From: Aquabacterium sp.
Lineage (GTDB): Bacteria; Pseudomonadota; Gammaproteobacteria; Burkholderiales; Burkholderiaceae_C
Assembly: GCF_035476535.1 (NCBI RefSeq)
Contig: NZ_DATILJ010000014.1
Location: 602 to 64,601 of the forward strand
Direction of reading: 5' to 3'
Length of the DNA stretch: 64,000 nt
The notes beneath the pieces are model-generated. The model ran no database searches. It was given only the letters and a program-made list of their open reading frames with translations, and was not told the origin of the DNA. Of the stretch, positions 47,235-55,558 are shown piece after piece. The position numbers and the translations under genes are program-made. The stretch's first letter is position 1, and each line of letters begins with the position of its first letter.

Positions 47235-48363
47235 TCAGCGTCTCCTCGGCATGCAGCCAACCGGCCTGGGCCCAATCATCCAGCAAGTCGCGTGCGCCTT
47301 CGCCCAATTGCCGCAGCGCCGTGGCCGGCAGCCGGCGCTGATCGGCCAACTGGCGCATCAGCCGCGCATCGCGGCCGGATGCCGCAAAAGCCTCGCCATT
47401 GATGAACACATGATGATCGTCGTAGACCATGCGTGTGCGGCGGTCCAGCACCAGCGCCGCGGGGGCTTGCGGCAAGGCCTCGCCGGCGTCGAACCAGACC
47501 TGCGGCTTGGGCTCGCTGATCAGTGAGCCCAACGCCCGGTCCAGTGCACGCGGGTCGTCGAGCACACGCATCAAGGCCGCCAGCGCAAAGCCGCGCAAGG
47601 CCTCCGGCACGCGGCCCGGTTCGGCCGTGGCCGGCTGCGTGGCATCGCGGTACAACGCGTCACGCGATGGCGGCTCGATGTCCTCGGCCAGGCGCGGCAA
47701 CAACTGCTGCGCGAGCTCGCTCGCGGTGGACGCACGAAAGCCGATCGAGCAGGTCATGCATTCGTCCAGCGCCACGCCATCGTGGCCCCACAGCGGCGGC
47801 AGGTAGAGCATGTCGCCGGGCGCCAGCAGCCATTCTTCGCTCGGCTCGAAGTGACGCAGGATCTTCACCGGCAGGCCATCGACCAGCGAGCGGTCGGCCA
47901 CCGGCCCGATGCGCCAGCGCCGATGCCCTTGCACCTGCAGCAGGAACACATCGTAGGAATCCAGGTGCGGGCCGACACCGCCGCCAGGCGTGGCATAGGA
48001 AACCATCAGATCGTCCAACCGCGCCTCGGGCACGAAGCGGAATTGCGACAACAGTTCATGCGCGGCCGGCACATGCAAGTCCAGCCCCTGCACCAGCAGC
48101 GTCCAGTCCGGCCGGTTCAAGGGCGGCAGCGCGCGGCGCGTGAACGGGCCGTGGCGCAGCTTCCAGCGCCCGTCGGTCCGCGTCAGCAGCCGGGCTTCGA
48201 CGCCTTGCTGCCCGGCCAACTCGAACAGCGCCGAGCGTGTGATCGGGGGCTGTGCCGGCGCGATGGCCTGGCGCACCAGCAAGGGCTTCTTCTGCCAGTG
48301 CCGGCGCATGAACGTGGCCGGCGACAAACCACCCAGCAAGACCAACGGAGCATCGATATCCAT
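47227..48363 (-). CDS. JmjC/cupin-domain ribosomal oxygenase-like protein (YcfD/RoxA-like)
   Basis: FMRRHWQKKPLLVRQA, GGGVGPHLDSYDVFLLQVQGHRRWRIG, GDMLYLPPLWGHDG (His-x-Asp...His facial triad). Confidence 0.85.
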   Translation of the reverse strand: MDIDAPLVLLGGLSPATFMRRHWQKKPLLVRQAIAPAQPPITRSALFELAGQQGVEARLLTRTDGRWKLRHGPFTRRALPPLNRPDWTLLVQGLDLHVPAAHELLSQFRFVPEARLDDLMVSYATPGGGVGPHLDSYDVFLLQVQGHRRWRIGPVADRSLVDGLPVKILRHFEPSEEWLLAPGDMLYLPPLWGHDGVALDECMTCSIGFRASTASELAQQLLPRLAEDIEPPSRDALYRDATQPATAEPGRVPEALRGFALAALMRVLDDPRALDRALGSLISEPKPQVWFDAGEALPQAPAALVLDRRTRMVYDDHHVFINGEAFAASGRDARLMRQLADQRRLPATALRQLGEGARDLLDDWAQAGWLHAEETLNV

Positions 48364-48401
48364 CGCCGAATTGTCGCTTGCGGATATGCGATCATGCCCC
48401 G

Positions 48402-48923
48402 ATGTTGATCACCGACCCCTGCGTCGTCAGCCTCACCTGGACCCTGGCCGATGGCCAAGGCCAGGCCATTGACGAGCTGACCGAACCGCTCGAATTCTTC
48501 TTCGGCGGCGACGATCTGTTGCCCAAGCTGGAAGAAGCGATTGCCGGCCAGGAAGCCGGCTTCGAAACCGATCTGTACCTCGAGCCCGAGCATGCCTTCG
48601 GCGACTACCGCGCCGAGCTGGTGTGCTTCGAGGACCGCTCGCTGTTCCCCGAAGGCATCGAAGAAGGCATGCAGTTCGACGGCCTGCCCGAAGGCGCGCA
48701 GACCACCGGCATGCCGCCGGAGCTGATCTACACGCTGACCGAGATCTACCCCTCGCATGTGGTGCTGGACGGCAACCACCCGCTGGCCGGCGTGGCGCTG
48801 CAGCTGCAGGTCAAGGTGATCGCGGTGCGCGAGGCCAGCGAAGAAGAGGTCGAAGCGCGCTCGGTCGCCGAAGGTGCGGTCAGCCTGCTGGCCGCCGCGC
48901 CGCCCTCACCGCACCTGCACTGA
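48402..48923 (+). CDS. FKBP-type peptidyl-prolyl isomerase, SlyD-like (with IF insert, no His-rich tail)
   Basis: ATG 48402. VVSLTWTLADGQGQAID..., FFFGGDDLLPKLEEAIAGQEAG, VLDGNHPLAGVALQLQVKVIAVREAS. Confidence 0.8.
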   Translation: MLITDPCVVSLTWTLADGQGQAIDELTEPLEFFFGGDDLLPKLEEAIAGQEAGFETDLYLEPEHAFGDYRAELVCFEDRSLFPEGIEEGMQFDGLPEGAQTTGMPPELIYTLTEIYPSHVVLDGNHPLAGVALQLQVKVIAVREASEEEVEARSVAEGAVSLLAAAPPSPHLH

Positions 48924-49373
48924 TCAGGCTTTTCCGGTCGAGCCGAAGCCGCCTTCGCCGCGCGCCGAGGTCTCGAAGTCGTCGACACGGCGGAAGGTCG
49001 CCTGCACCACCGGCACGATGATCATCTGCGCAATGCGCTCCATCGGCTGGACCGTGAACGTGGTGCTGCCGCGGTTCCAGCAGCTGACCATCAGCGGCCC
49101 CTGGTAATCGCTGTCGATCAGCCCGACCAGGTTGCCGAGCACGATGCCGTGCTTGTGGCCCAGGCCCGAGCGCGGCAGGATCATCGCGGCCAGGCCGGGG
49201 TCGCCGATGTGGATGGACAAGCCGGTCGGAATCAGCGCCGATTGGCCGGGTTCCAGCACCAGCGCCGCATCGAGGCAAGCGCGCAGATCCAGGCCGGCGC
49301 TGCCGGGCGTGGCATAACCCGGCAACTGCTCGGCCATGCGGGCATCGAGCACTTTCACGTCTATCGTTGTCAT
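48924..49373 (-). CDS. dut: dUTP diphosphatase
   Basis: [47 protein letters not shown]. Confidence 0.93.
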   Translation of the reverse strand: MTTIDVKVLDARMAEQLPGYATPGSAGLDLRACLDAALVLEPGQSALIPTGLSIHIGDPGLAAMILPRSGLGHKHGIVLGNLVGLIDSDYQGPLMVSCWNRGSTTFTVQPMERIAQMIIVPVVQATFRRVDDFETSARGEGGFGSTGKA

Positions 49374-50584
49374 GTGGGAAGTCGGTCGGCGATCTCGCGC
49401 ACCAGCGTGCGGGCGAGGCTCAGTTTGTCGGCAGTGGGAATCTCGCGATCACCGGCGGCATCCACCAGCACCAGCGTGTTGTCGTCGCGACCGAAGGTGG
49501 CCGGCCCGAGATTGCCGACGATCAGCGGCACGTTCTTGCGCAGCAGCTTTTCGCGGGCATGGTGGGCGACGTCCTGGCTCTCGGCCGCGAAGCCGACGCA
49601 GTAGGGCCGCACCGGCAAGCGCGCCACCGCCGCCAGGATGTCGGGGTTCTCGCTCAGCTCGAAGCTCGGCACGCGGTGCGTGCCGTCCTTCTTGATCTTG
49701 TGTTCGGCCAGGCTGGCCGGGCGCCAATCGGCCACCGCCGCAGTGGCGACGAACACCTGCTGCGACGGTGCCAGCGGCAGCACCGCGTCATGCATCTGCT
49801 GCGCGCTGCGCACATCGATGCGGCGCACATGGCGCGGCGTCGGCAGGTGCACCGGCCCGGCAACCAGCGTGACCTCGGCGCCCGCCTCCTGCGCGGCCCG
49901 CGCGATGGCAAAGCCCATCTTGCCGCTGGACAGATTGGTGATGCCGCGCACCGGATCGATGGCTTCGAAGGTCGGCCCGGCGGTGATCAGCACGCGCTGG
50001 CCGGCCAGCAGCTTGGGCTGGAAGAAGGCGATCAACTCGTCGCACAGCTCAGTGGCCTCGAGCATGCGGCCGTCGCCGATCTCGCCGCAGGCCTGGTCGC
50101 CCTCGCCGGGCCCGAGCACCGTCGCGCCATCGGCCACCGCCTGCGCCACGTTGCGCTGCGTTGCCGGGTGCAGCCACATCTCGCGGTTCATCGCCGGTGC
50201 CAGCAGCAGCGGGCATTTGTCGATCGGTCGTGCCACACACAGCAGCGACAGCAACTCGTCCGCCCGGCCCTGCGCGATCTTCGCGATGAAATCGGCCGAG
50301 GCCGGCGCCACCAGGATCGCGTCGGCTTCGCGCGACAGGTTGATGTGCGCCATGCTGTTCGGCTCGCGCGCGTCCCACTGGCTGCTCAGCACCGGCCGGC
50401 CGGACAAGGCCTGCATCGTGACCGGCGTGATGAAGGCCTGAGCGGCCTCGGTCATCACCACCTGCACGGTAGCACCGGCGCGGCCGAGTTCACGCACCAG
50501 TTCGGCGGACTTGTAGCAGGCAATGCCACCGGACAGACCGAGCACGATGTGGCGCCCGGCCAAGCCTTCATCAGGTTTCGACAT
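49370..50584 (-). CDS. coaBC: Bifunctional phosphopantothenoylcysteine decarboxylase / phosphopantothenate-cysteine ligase
   Basis: ATG 50584 ([26 protein letters not shown]...). [41 protein letters not shown]. 4-nt overlap with dut. Confidence 0.92.
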   Translation of the reverse strand: MSKPDEGLAGRHIVLGLSGGIACYKSAELVRELGRAGATVQVVMTEAAQAFITPVTMQALSGRPVLSSQWDAREPNSMAHINLSREADAILVAPASADFIAKIAQGRADELLSLLCVARPIDKCPLLLAPAMNREMWLHPATQRNVAQAVADGATVLGPGEGDQACGEIGDGRMLEATELCDELIAFFQPKLLAGQRVLITAGPTFEAIDPVRGITNLSSGKMGFAIARAAQEAGAEVTLVAGPVHLPTPRHVRRIDVRSAQQMHDAVLPLAPSQQVFVATAAVADWRPASLAEHKIKKDGTHRVPSFELSENPDILAAVARLPVRPYCVGFAAESQDVAHHAREKLLRKNVPLIVGNLGPATFGRDDNTLVLVDAAGDREIPTADKLSLARTLVREIADRLPT

Positions 50585-50666
50585 GGCGCGCAATGTAGCG
50601 CACGCCCCGGCCGCCCACGGCCGACAGGGATGCCCGTGCGTCCGGCTCGGTCAATACATTCTGAGT

Positions 50667-50684
50667 TTTCAGTATTTACTGAAA
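50667..50684. promoter_or_regulatory. Perfect palindrome TTTCAGTA-TT-TACTGAAA in an AT-rich island; candidate operator
   Basis: 8-bp arms with a 2-nt spacer, inside ~60 nt of AT-rich sequence (50651-50710). It lies 68 nt upstream of the GbsR-type regulator ATG and 83 nt from the divergent coaBC start. Confidence 0.4.
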
Positions 50685-50751
50685 TTCAGGCAAACTCTGA
50701 CACAGATCAAGACACCTGGAAGCGCAGCGCCCGCAGGCCCGCGCTCACCCC

Positions 50752-51306
50752 ATGAACGCCCTGACACCGCTCGTGCGCAGCTTCATCGGCCATTTCGGCG
50801 AGATGGGCAGCCGCTGGGGCATCAACCGCACGGTCGGCCAGATCTACGCGCTGATCTTCGTTGCACCGCAGCCGGTGAATGCCGACGACATCGCGATGCA
50901 CCTGGAGTTCAGCCGCTCCAACGTCAGCATGGGGCTGAAAGAGCTGCAGGCCTGGCGCCTGGTGCAACTGCGCCATCTGCCCGGCGACCGGCGCGAATAC
51001 TTCGAGGCGCCGCACGACGCCTGGGAGATCTTCCTGACGCTAGCCGAAGAGCGCCGCCGCCGCGAGATCGAACCGACGCTGTCGATGCTGCGCAACGCGC
51101 TGCTCGACACACCGACCAGCGAAGAAGACCGCATCGCGCAGGAACGCATGCGCGGCATGCACGACCTGATCGAGATGCTGACCACCTGGTTCGACGACGT
51201 GCGGCGCATGGACGCGCAGACGCTGTCGCAGTTGATGCGCATGGGCTCCAAGGTCCAGCGCTTTCTCGAATTCACCGGAAAAGCCCGCGGCACCCCCCGC
51301 ACCTGA
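50752..51306 (+). CDS. GbsR/MarR-family transcriptional regulator
   Basis: FIGHFGEMGSRWGINRTVGQIYALIFVAPQPVNADDIAMHLEFSRSNVSMGLKELQAWRLV is a winged-helix of the GbsR type. Confidence 0.8.
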   Translation: MNALTPLVRSFIGHFGEMGSRWGINRTVGQIYALIFVAPQPVNADDIAMHLEFSRSNVSMGLKELQAWRLVQLRHLPGDRREYFEAPHDAWEIFLTLAEERRRREIEPTLSMLRNALLDTPTSEEDRIAQERMRGMHDLIEMLTTWFDDVRRMDAQTLSQLMRMGSKVQRFLEFTGKARGTPRT

Positions 51307-51315
51307 AAGCACCCC

Positions 51316-52668
51316 ATGGACGCCTTCCTGCTGGCCCGGCTGCAGTTCGCCGCCAACATCAGTTTCCACATCCTGTTCCCGACCATCAGCATCGCGCTCG
51401 GCTGGGTGCTGCTGTTCTTCCGCTGGCGCTGGTTGACGACGCACCAGACGCCCTGGCTGCTGGCCTACCGCTTCTGGACCAAGGTGTTTGCGCTGACCTT
51501 CGCACTGGGTGTCGTCAGCGGGCTGACGATGAGCTTCCAGTTCGGCACCAACTGGCCGGGCTTCATGGAAAAGGCCGGCAACATCGCCGGGCCGCTGCTG
51601 GGCTACGAGGTGCTGACGGCCTTCTTCCTCGAGGCCACCTTCCTGGGCGTGATGCTGTTCGGCCACGAACGTGTTGGCGAACGCATGCACCTGATCGCGA
51701 CCTTCCTGGTGGCCTTCGGCACCACCTTGAGCGCGTTCTGGATCCTCAGCCTCAACTCCTGGATGCAGACGCCCAGCGGCCACGAGATCATCGACGGCCA
51801 GTTCCATGTGCGCTCCTGGCTGGCGGTGATCTTCAACCCCTCCTTCCCCTACCGGCTGACGCACATGCTGCTGGCCTCAGCGCTGACGGTGAGCTTCCTG
51901 CTGGCCGGCCTGTCGGCCTGGCAGCTGCTGCGCCACACCACCAATCGATCAACGGGCAAGGCCTTGCGCACTGGCCTGACGCTGGCCGCGCTGCTGGTGC
52001 CGCTGCAGATCTTCGTCGGCGACCTGCATGGCCTGAACACACTGCAGCACCAGCCGCAGAAGATCGCCGCGATGGAAGGCGTGTGGCAGACCGAGGCCGG
52101 CGCGCCGCTGCTGCTGTTCGCCTGGCCGGACGAGCAGAAGCGCCGCAACGACTTCGCGATCGGCATCCCCAAGGGCGCCAGCCTGATCCTGAAACACGAT
52201 GCGAACGCCACGATCCGCGGCCTCGATGAATTCCCGAATGCCCATCCACCGGTGAAGCCGCTGTTCTTCGGCTTCCGCGTGATGGTCGGCACCGGCGTGC
52301 TGATGCTGGGTTTCAGCTGGCTGGGCGTGTGGCTGCTCTGGCGCCGCGGCTGGGTGGCCGATCGCCTGCCGCGTTGGCTGCTGTGGCCGCTGGCAGCGAT
52401 GAGCTTCTCGGGCTGGGTGGCCACGCTGGCCGGCTGGTACGTCACCGAAATCGGCCGCCAACCCTGGATCGTTCACGGCCTGCTGCGCACCGTCGACGTC
52501 GTCGCCGCCGTGCCCTCGCCGATGATCGGCCTGACGCTGGCGATGTACCTCACCGTCTACTCGCTGCTGCTGCTGGCCTATGTCGGCGTGCTGCGCTACC
52601 TGGCCGAGAAGCCAGAGAGCGTGCTGCTCGACCCGCATGCGCCAGTGCAGAGCCGTGCGTTCGTTTGA
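51316..52668 (+). CDS. cydA: Cytochrome bd-type (CioA-like, short Q-loop) ubiquinol oxidase subunit I
   Basis: LARLQFAANISFHILFPTISIALG, GYEVLTAFFLEATFLG, WMQTP.G, QPQKIAAMEG, GWYVTEIGRQPW. 450 aa indicates the short-Q-loop (cyanide-insensitive) type. Confidence 0.9.
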   Translation: MDAFLLARLQFAANISFHILFPTISIALGWVLLFFRWRWLTTHQTPWLLAYRFWTKVFALTFALGVVSGLTMSFQFGTNWPGFMEKAGNIAGPLLGYEVLTAFFLEATFLGVMLFGHERVGERMHLIATFLVAFGTTLSAFWILSLNSWMQTPSGHEIIDGQFHVRSWLAVIFNPSFPYRLTHMLLASALTVSFLLAGLSAWQLLRHTTNRSTGKALRTGLTLAALLVPLQIFVGDLHGLNTLQHQPQKIAAMEGVWQTEAGAPLLLFAWPDEQKRRNDFAIGIPKGASLILKHDANATIRGLDEFPNAHPPVKPLFFGFRVMVGTGVLMLGFSWLGVWLLWRRGWVADRLPRWLLWPLAAMSFSGWVATLAGWYVTEIGRQPWIVHGLLRTVDVVAAVPSPMIGLTLAMYLTVYSLLLLAYVGVLRYLAEKPESVLLDPHAPVQSRAFV

Positions 52669-52679
52669 AGGAGCAGACC

Positions 52680-53693
52680 GTGAACGCCACCGATGTTTCG
52701 AACGCCGCCGGCTGGTTGCCGATCGCCTTCATGGGCCTGATGGGCCTGTCCATGCTGGTCTACGTGGCGCTGGACGGCTACGACCTGGGCGTGGGCATGT
52801 TGCTGCACCGCGCCGACGAGGCCGACAAGGACCTGATGATCGGCAGCCTGGGCCCCTTCTGGGACGCCAACGAGACCTGGCTGGTGCTGGGGGTGGGCAT
52901 CCTGCTGATCGCCTTCCCCAAGGCCCATGGCGTGGTGATGGGCGCGCTGTACCTGCCGGTGGCCTTCATGCTGATCGGGCTGATCGTGCGCGGCGTGGCC
53001 TTCGACTTCCGCGTCAAGGCGCCGACCGGCCACAAGGCCTTGTGGAACCAGCTGTTCTTCGCCGGCTCGACGTTGGCGTCGCTGGCCCAGGGCTGGATGC
53101 TCGGCCGCTACATCACCGGCTTTGCCGAAGGCTGGGGCTACACGCTGTTCGCAGCGGCCATTGCCGTCACCTTGCCCGCGACCTACGTGCTGCTGGGCGC
53201 CTGCTGGCTGATCCTGAAGACCGAAGGGGAACTGCAGCGCCGCGCGGTCCACTGGGCCAAGCTGGCCTGGCCGGCGATGGTGCTGGGCCTGGCGCTGGTG
53301 TCGGTTGCCACGCCGGTGGTCAGTGCCACGGTGCGGGACCGCTGGTTCACATTGCCGGCCTTCATCGCACTGCTGCCGATTCCGCTGTCCACCGCCGCCG
53401 CGCTGCTGGGTCTGCGTGCGCTGCTGAACTCGCAGCGCGTGCTCGGCAAGCTGTGCTGGCTGCCGTTCACCTTGATGCTCGGCGTGTTCCTGTTCGGCGC
53501 GCTGGGCCTGGCCTACAGCCTCTACCCCTTTGTCGTGATGGACCGCATGACGATCTGGCAGGCCGCCAGTTCGCCCGAATCGCTGGCCGTGATCCTGTTC
53601 GGCTGCGCGGTCACCGTGCCGGCGATCGGCGGCTACACGATCTACTCGTACCGCGTGTTCCGCGGCAAGGCCACCGTGCCCTCGTATGCCTGA
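52680..53693 (+). CDS. cydB: Cytochrome bd-type ubiquinol oxidase subunit II
   Basis: GTG 52680 with GAAGGAG 6 nt upstream. LMGLSMLVYVALDGYDLGVGML, GPFWDANETWLVLG, RGVAFDFR. Confidence 0.88.
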   Translation: MNATDVSNAAGWLPIAFMGLMGLSMLVYVALDGYDLGVGMLLHRADEADKDLMIGSLGPFWDANETWLVLGVGILLIAFPKAHGVVMGALYLPVAFMLIGLIVRGVAFDFRVKAPTGHKALWNQLFFAGSTLASLAQGWMLGRYITGFAEGWGYTLFAAAIAVTLPATYVLLGACWLILKTEGELQRRAVHWAKLAWPAMVLGLALVSVATPVVSATVRDRWFTLPAFIALLPIPLSTAAALLGLRALLNSQRVLGKLCWLPFTLMLGVFLFGALGLAYSLYPFVVMDRMTIWQAASSPESLAVILFGCAVTVPAIGGYTIYSYRVFRGKATVPSYA

Positions 53694-53699
53694 GCAGCA

Positions 53700-54482
53700 T
53701 CAGATGGGTTTGTGCCAGAAACGGGACGCTTCGAGGTAGTTGAACAGCACGCGGTCGACGCGGCCATAGATCTCGCCCTCAGGCACGAAGCCCCAGGCAC
53801 GTGAATCGGAGGAGTTGTCGCGGTTGTCGCCCAGCGCCAGCAGGTGACCGGCGGGCACGGTGCAACTCCAGGAACCTGGCCGCTCATTTTGGCAGTCAGG
53901 CGCACTGATGCTCATCGGCATGCGGCCCTGCACGAAGGGGTTCAGCTTGATCGGGTGTTCGCGGCCGGCCAGCGTCTCGGTCAGCAGGCGCTCGCCCTTG
54001 TCATCCGGCCGCTGGCCCCAGCCCTGGTCCTGCGCCTGCAAGGCCTGGCCGTTCACGGCCACCACGCCGTCGCGGAACACCACCGTGTCGCCGGGCAGCG
54101 CGACGATGCGCTTGACATAGAACACCGACACATCCGGCGGGAAGCGGAATACCGCAATGTCGCCGCGCTGCGGCGCGCCCATCGGAATGGCCGTGTTGGT
54201 GAAGGGCAGCCGCGGCCCGTAGGCCAGGTGGTTGATCAGCAGCATGTCGCCGACCCGCAGCGTCGGCTCCATCGAACCGCTGGGCACACGCTGCCAGTCG
54301 GCCAGCGCCACGCGGCAGGTGAAGACCAGCGCGATGACGGCAAAGAAATCCGCGCCCCAATGCACCCACCAAGGCTTGTGCTGCCGGCCACGCCGCCGCA
54401 GCAGCGCCCAGGCCAGGCTCAAGGCGCCAGTGGCCAGCAGCAGCAGGGCCAGCACTTCGTTGAACGCAAATCCGATCTTCAT
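53700..54482 (-). CDS. lepB: Signal peptidase I (stand-alone paralogue)
   Basis: ATG 54482 (MKIGFAFNEV...), 260 aa. RVPSGSMEPTL (Ser), YVKRIVALPGD (Lys), GDNRDNSSDSR. Confidence 0.85.
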   Translation of the reverse strand: MKIGFAFNEVLALLLLATGALSLAWALLRRRGRQHKPWWVHWGADFFAVIALVFTCRVALADWQRVPSGSMEPTLRVGDMLLINHLAYGPRLPFTNTAIPMGAPQRGDIAVFRFPPDVSVFYVKRIVALPGDTVVFRDGVVAVNGQALQAQDQGWGQRPDDKGERLLTETLAGREHPIKLNPFVQGRMPMSISAPDCQNERPGSWSCTVPAGHLLALGDNRDNSSDSRAWGFVPEGEIYGRVDRVLFNYLEASRFWHKPI

Positions 54483-54558
54483 GGCGGTGTGAATCCATGG
54501 GCAGCGATGCGAAATTGTCGGCGCGCCGCGCCGCCCTTCAGACAGCCGGATCGACCGT

Positions 54559-55329
54559 TCATGCGGCCCCGTGGCACTTCTTGTATTTCTTGCCGCTGCC
54601 GCAAGGGCAGATGTCGTTGCGCCCGGGCGTCGGCTCGACGCGGCGCGTCTCGGGTTTCGGCGCGTGGTCCAGCCAGTACACCCGCAGGTCCTGCACGCCG
54701 AAGCAGGCATCGTCGATCAACTCTTCGCGGCTGATCGTTTCGCCGGGATAGGCCTCGCTGGTGTAGGCCGCCAGGTCGGTGGGCGGCAGCATCAGCGCCA
54801 TCACGCGCATCAGGCAGTCGTCGTACCAGCGGCCCTCTTCGCTGTCCATGTCGGGTTCCACCCAGTCGGCAGCAAAGGCCTCGGTGGCGGCACGGAAGCC
54901 TTCGGCCCACAGCGCGCCGGTCTGCAGCAGTTCATCGGCCTCCTCGGCCGTCATGTGGCCGCCCGCCACCACTTCGCGCCGCGCCTCCTCGTCGTAGGCA
55001 ATCATCATCGGCGATATGCGCAGCTCGTCCGGCGCCTCGAGCAAGGCTTCCGGATCCAGCTGGTTCGCCAGCACGGCCCAGCGTGCGCTCAGCGTGGCCA
55101 TGGCCTGCTGCACATCGTCGGGGTCGGCAAAGGCACGCCCGAAAGCATCGCCGAACATCGCCGGCAGCCATTCATGCTCGGCAATCGCGCGGCGGCTGGC
55201 CAGCAGCGCGGTCATGAAGCCGTCGACCCATTCCAGCGAGACATCGACACCAAAGCCGGCCAGGCGTTCGCACAGTTTTTCCAGGTTCTCGATGTCGGCT
55301 TCGCTGCTGTGTTTGACGACGGAACTCAT
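54559..55329 (-). CDS. UPF0149/YecA-like protein with C-terminal SEC-C zinc motif
   Basis: ATG 55329, 256 aa. C-terminus [17 protein letters not shown]. The upstream 210 codons of the track ORF are rejected. Confidence 0.8.
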   Translation of the reverse strand: MSSVVKHSSEADIENLEKLCERLAGFGVDVSLEWVDGFMTALLASRRAIAEHEWLPAMFGDAFGRAFADPDDVQQAMATLSARWAVLANQLDPEALLEAPDELRISPMMIAYDEEARREVVAGGHMTAEEADELLQTGALWAEGFRAATEAFAADWVEPDMDSEEGRWYDDCLMRVMALMLPPTDLAAYTSEAYPGETISREELIDDACFGVQDLRVYWLDHAPKPETRRVEPTPGRNDICPCGSGKKYKKCHGAA

Positions 55330-55558
55330 GCGGGGATCTCTTCGGGTGGCCAAGGCAGGCCGCATTGTCGCCGCCCTCGCCGGGCGCCGAAATGCGCACC
55401 ACCGCAGCGCAATCACGCACCCGTTTACGGCACGGACGCACCTGGAGCGGGACTGGCGAGGCAAACACCTGCTTATCGGCCCTTTGCGGCCGCGTGCTGC
55501 GCCTACCGTGCTCGGCGAGCCCGACCCATGGGCTTGCTCAACAGGGAACGAGGACGCC

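Noticed and set aside
48921-48926. TGATCA formed by back-to-back stop codons of the convergent slyD-like and dut genes
   Set aside because: This is a curiosity of zero intergenic spacing. No hairpin or other signal is present, and it is not evidence of anything beyond compact gene packing.
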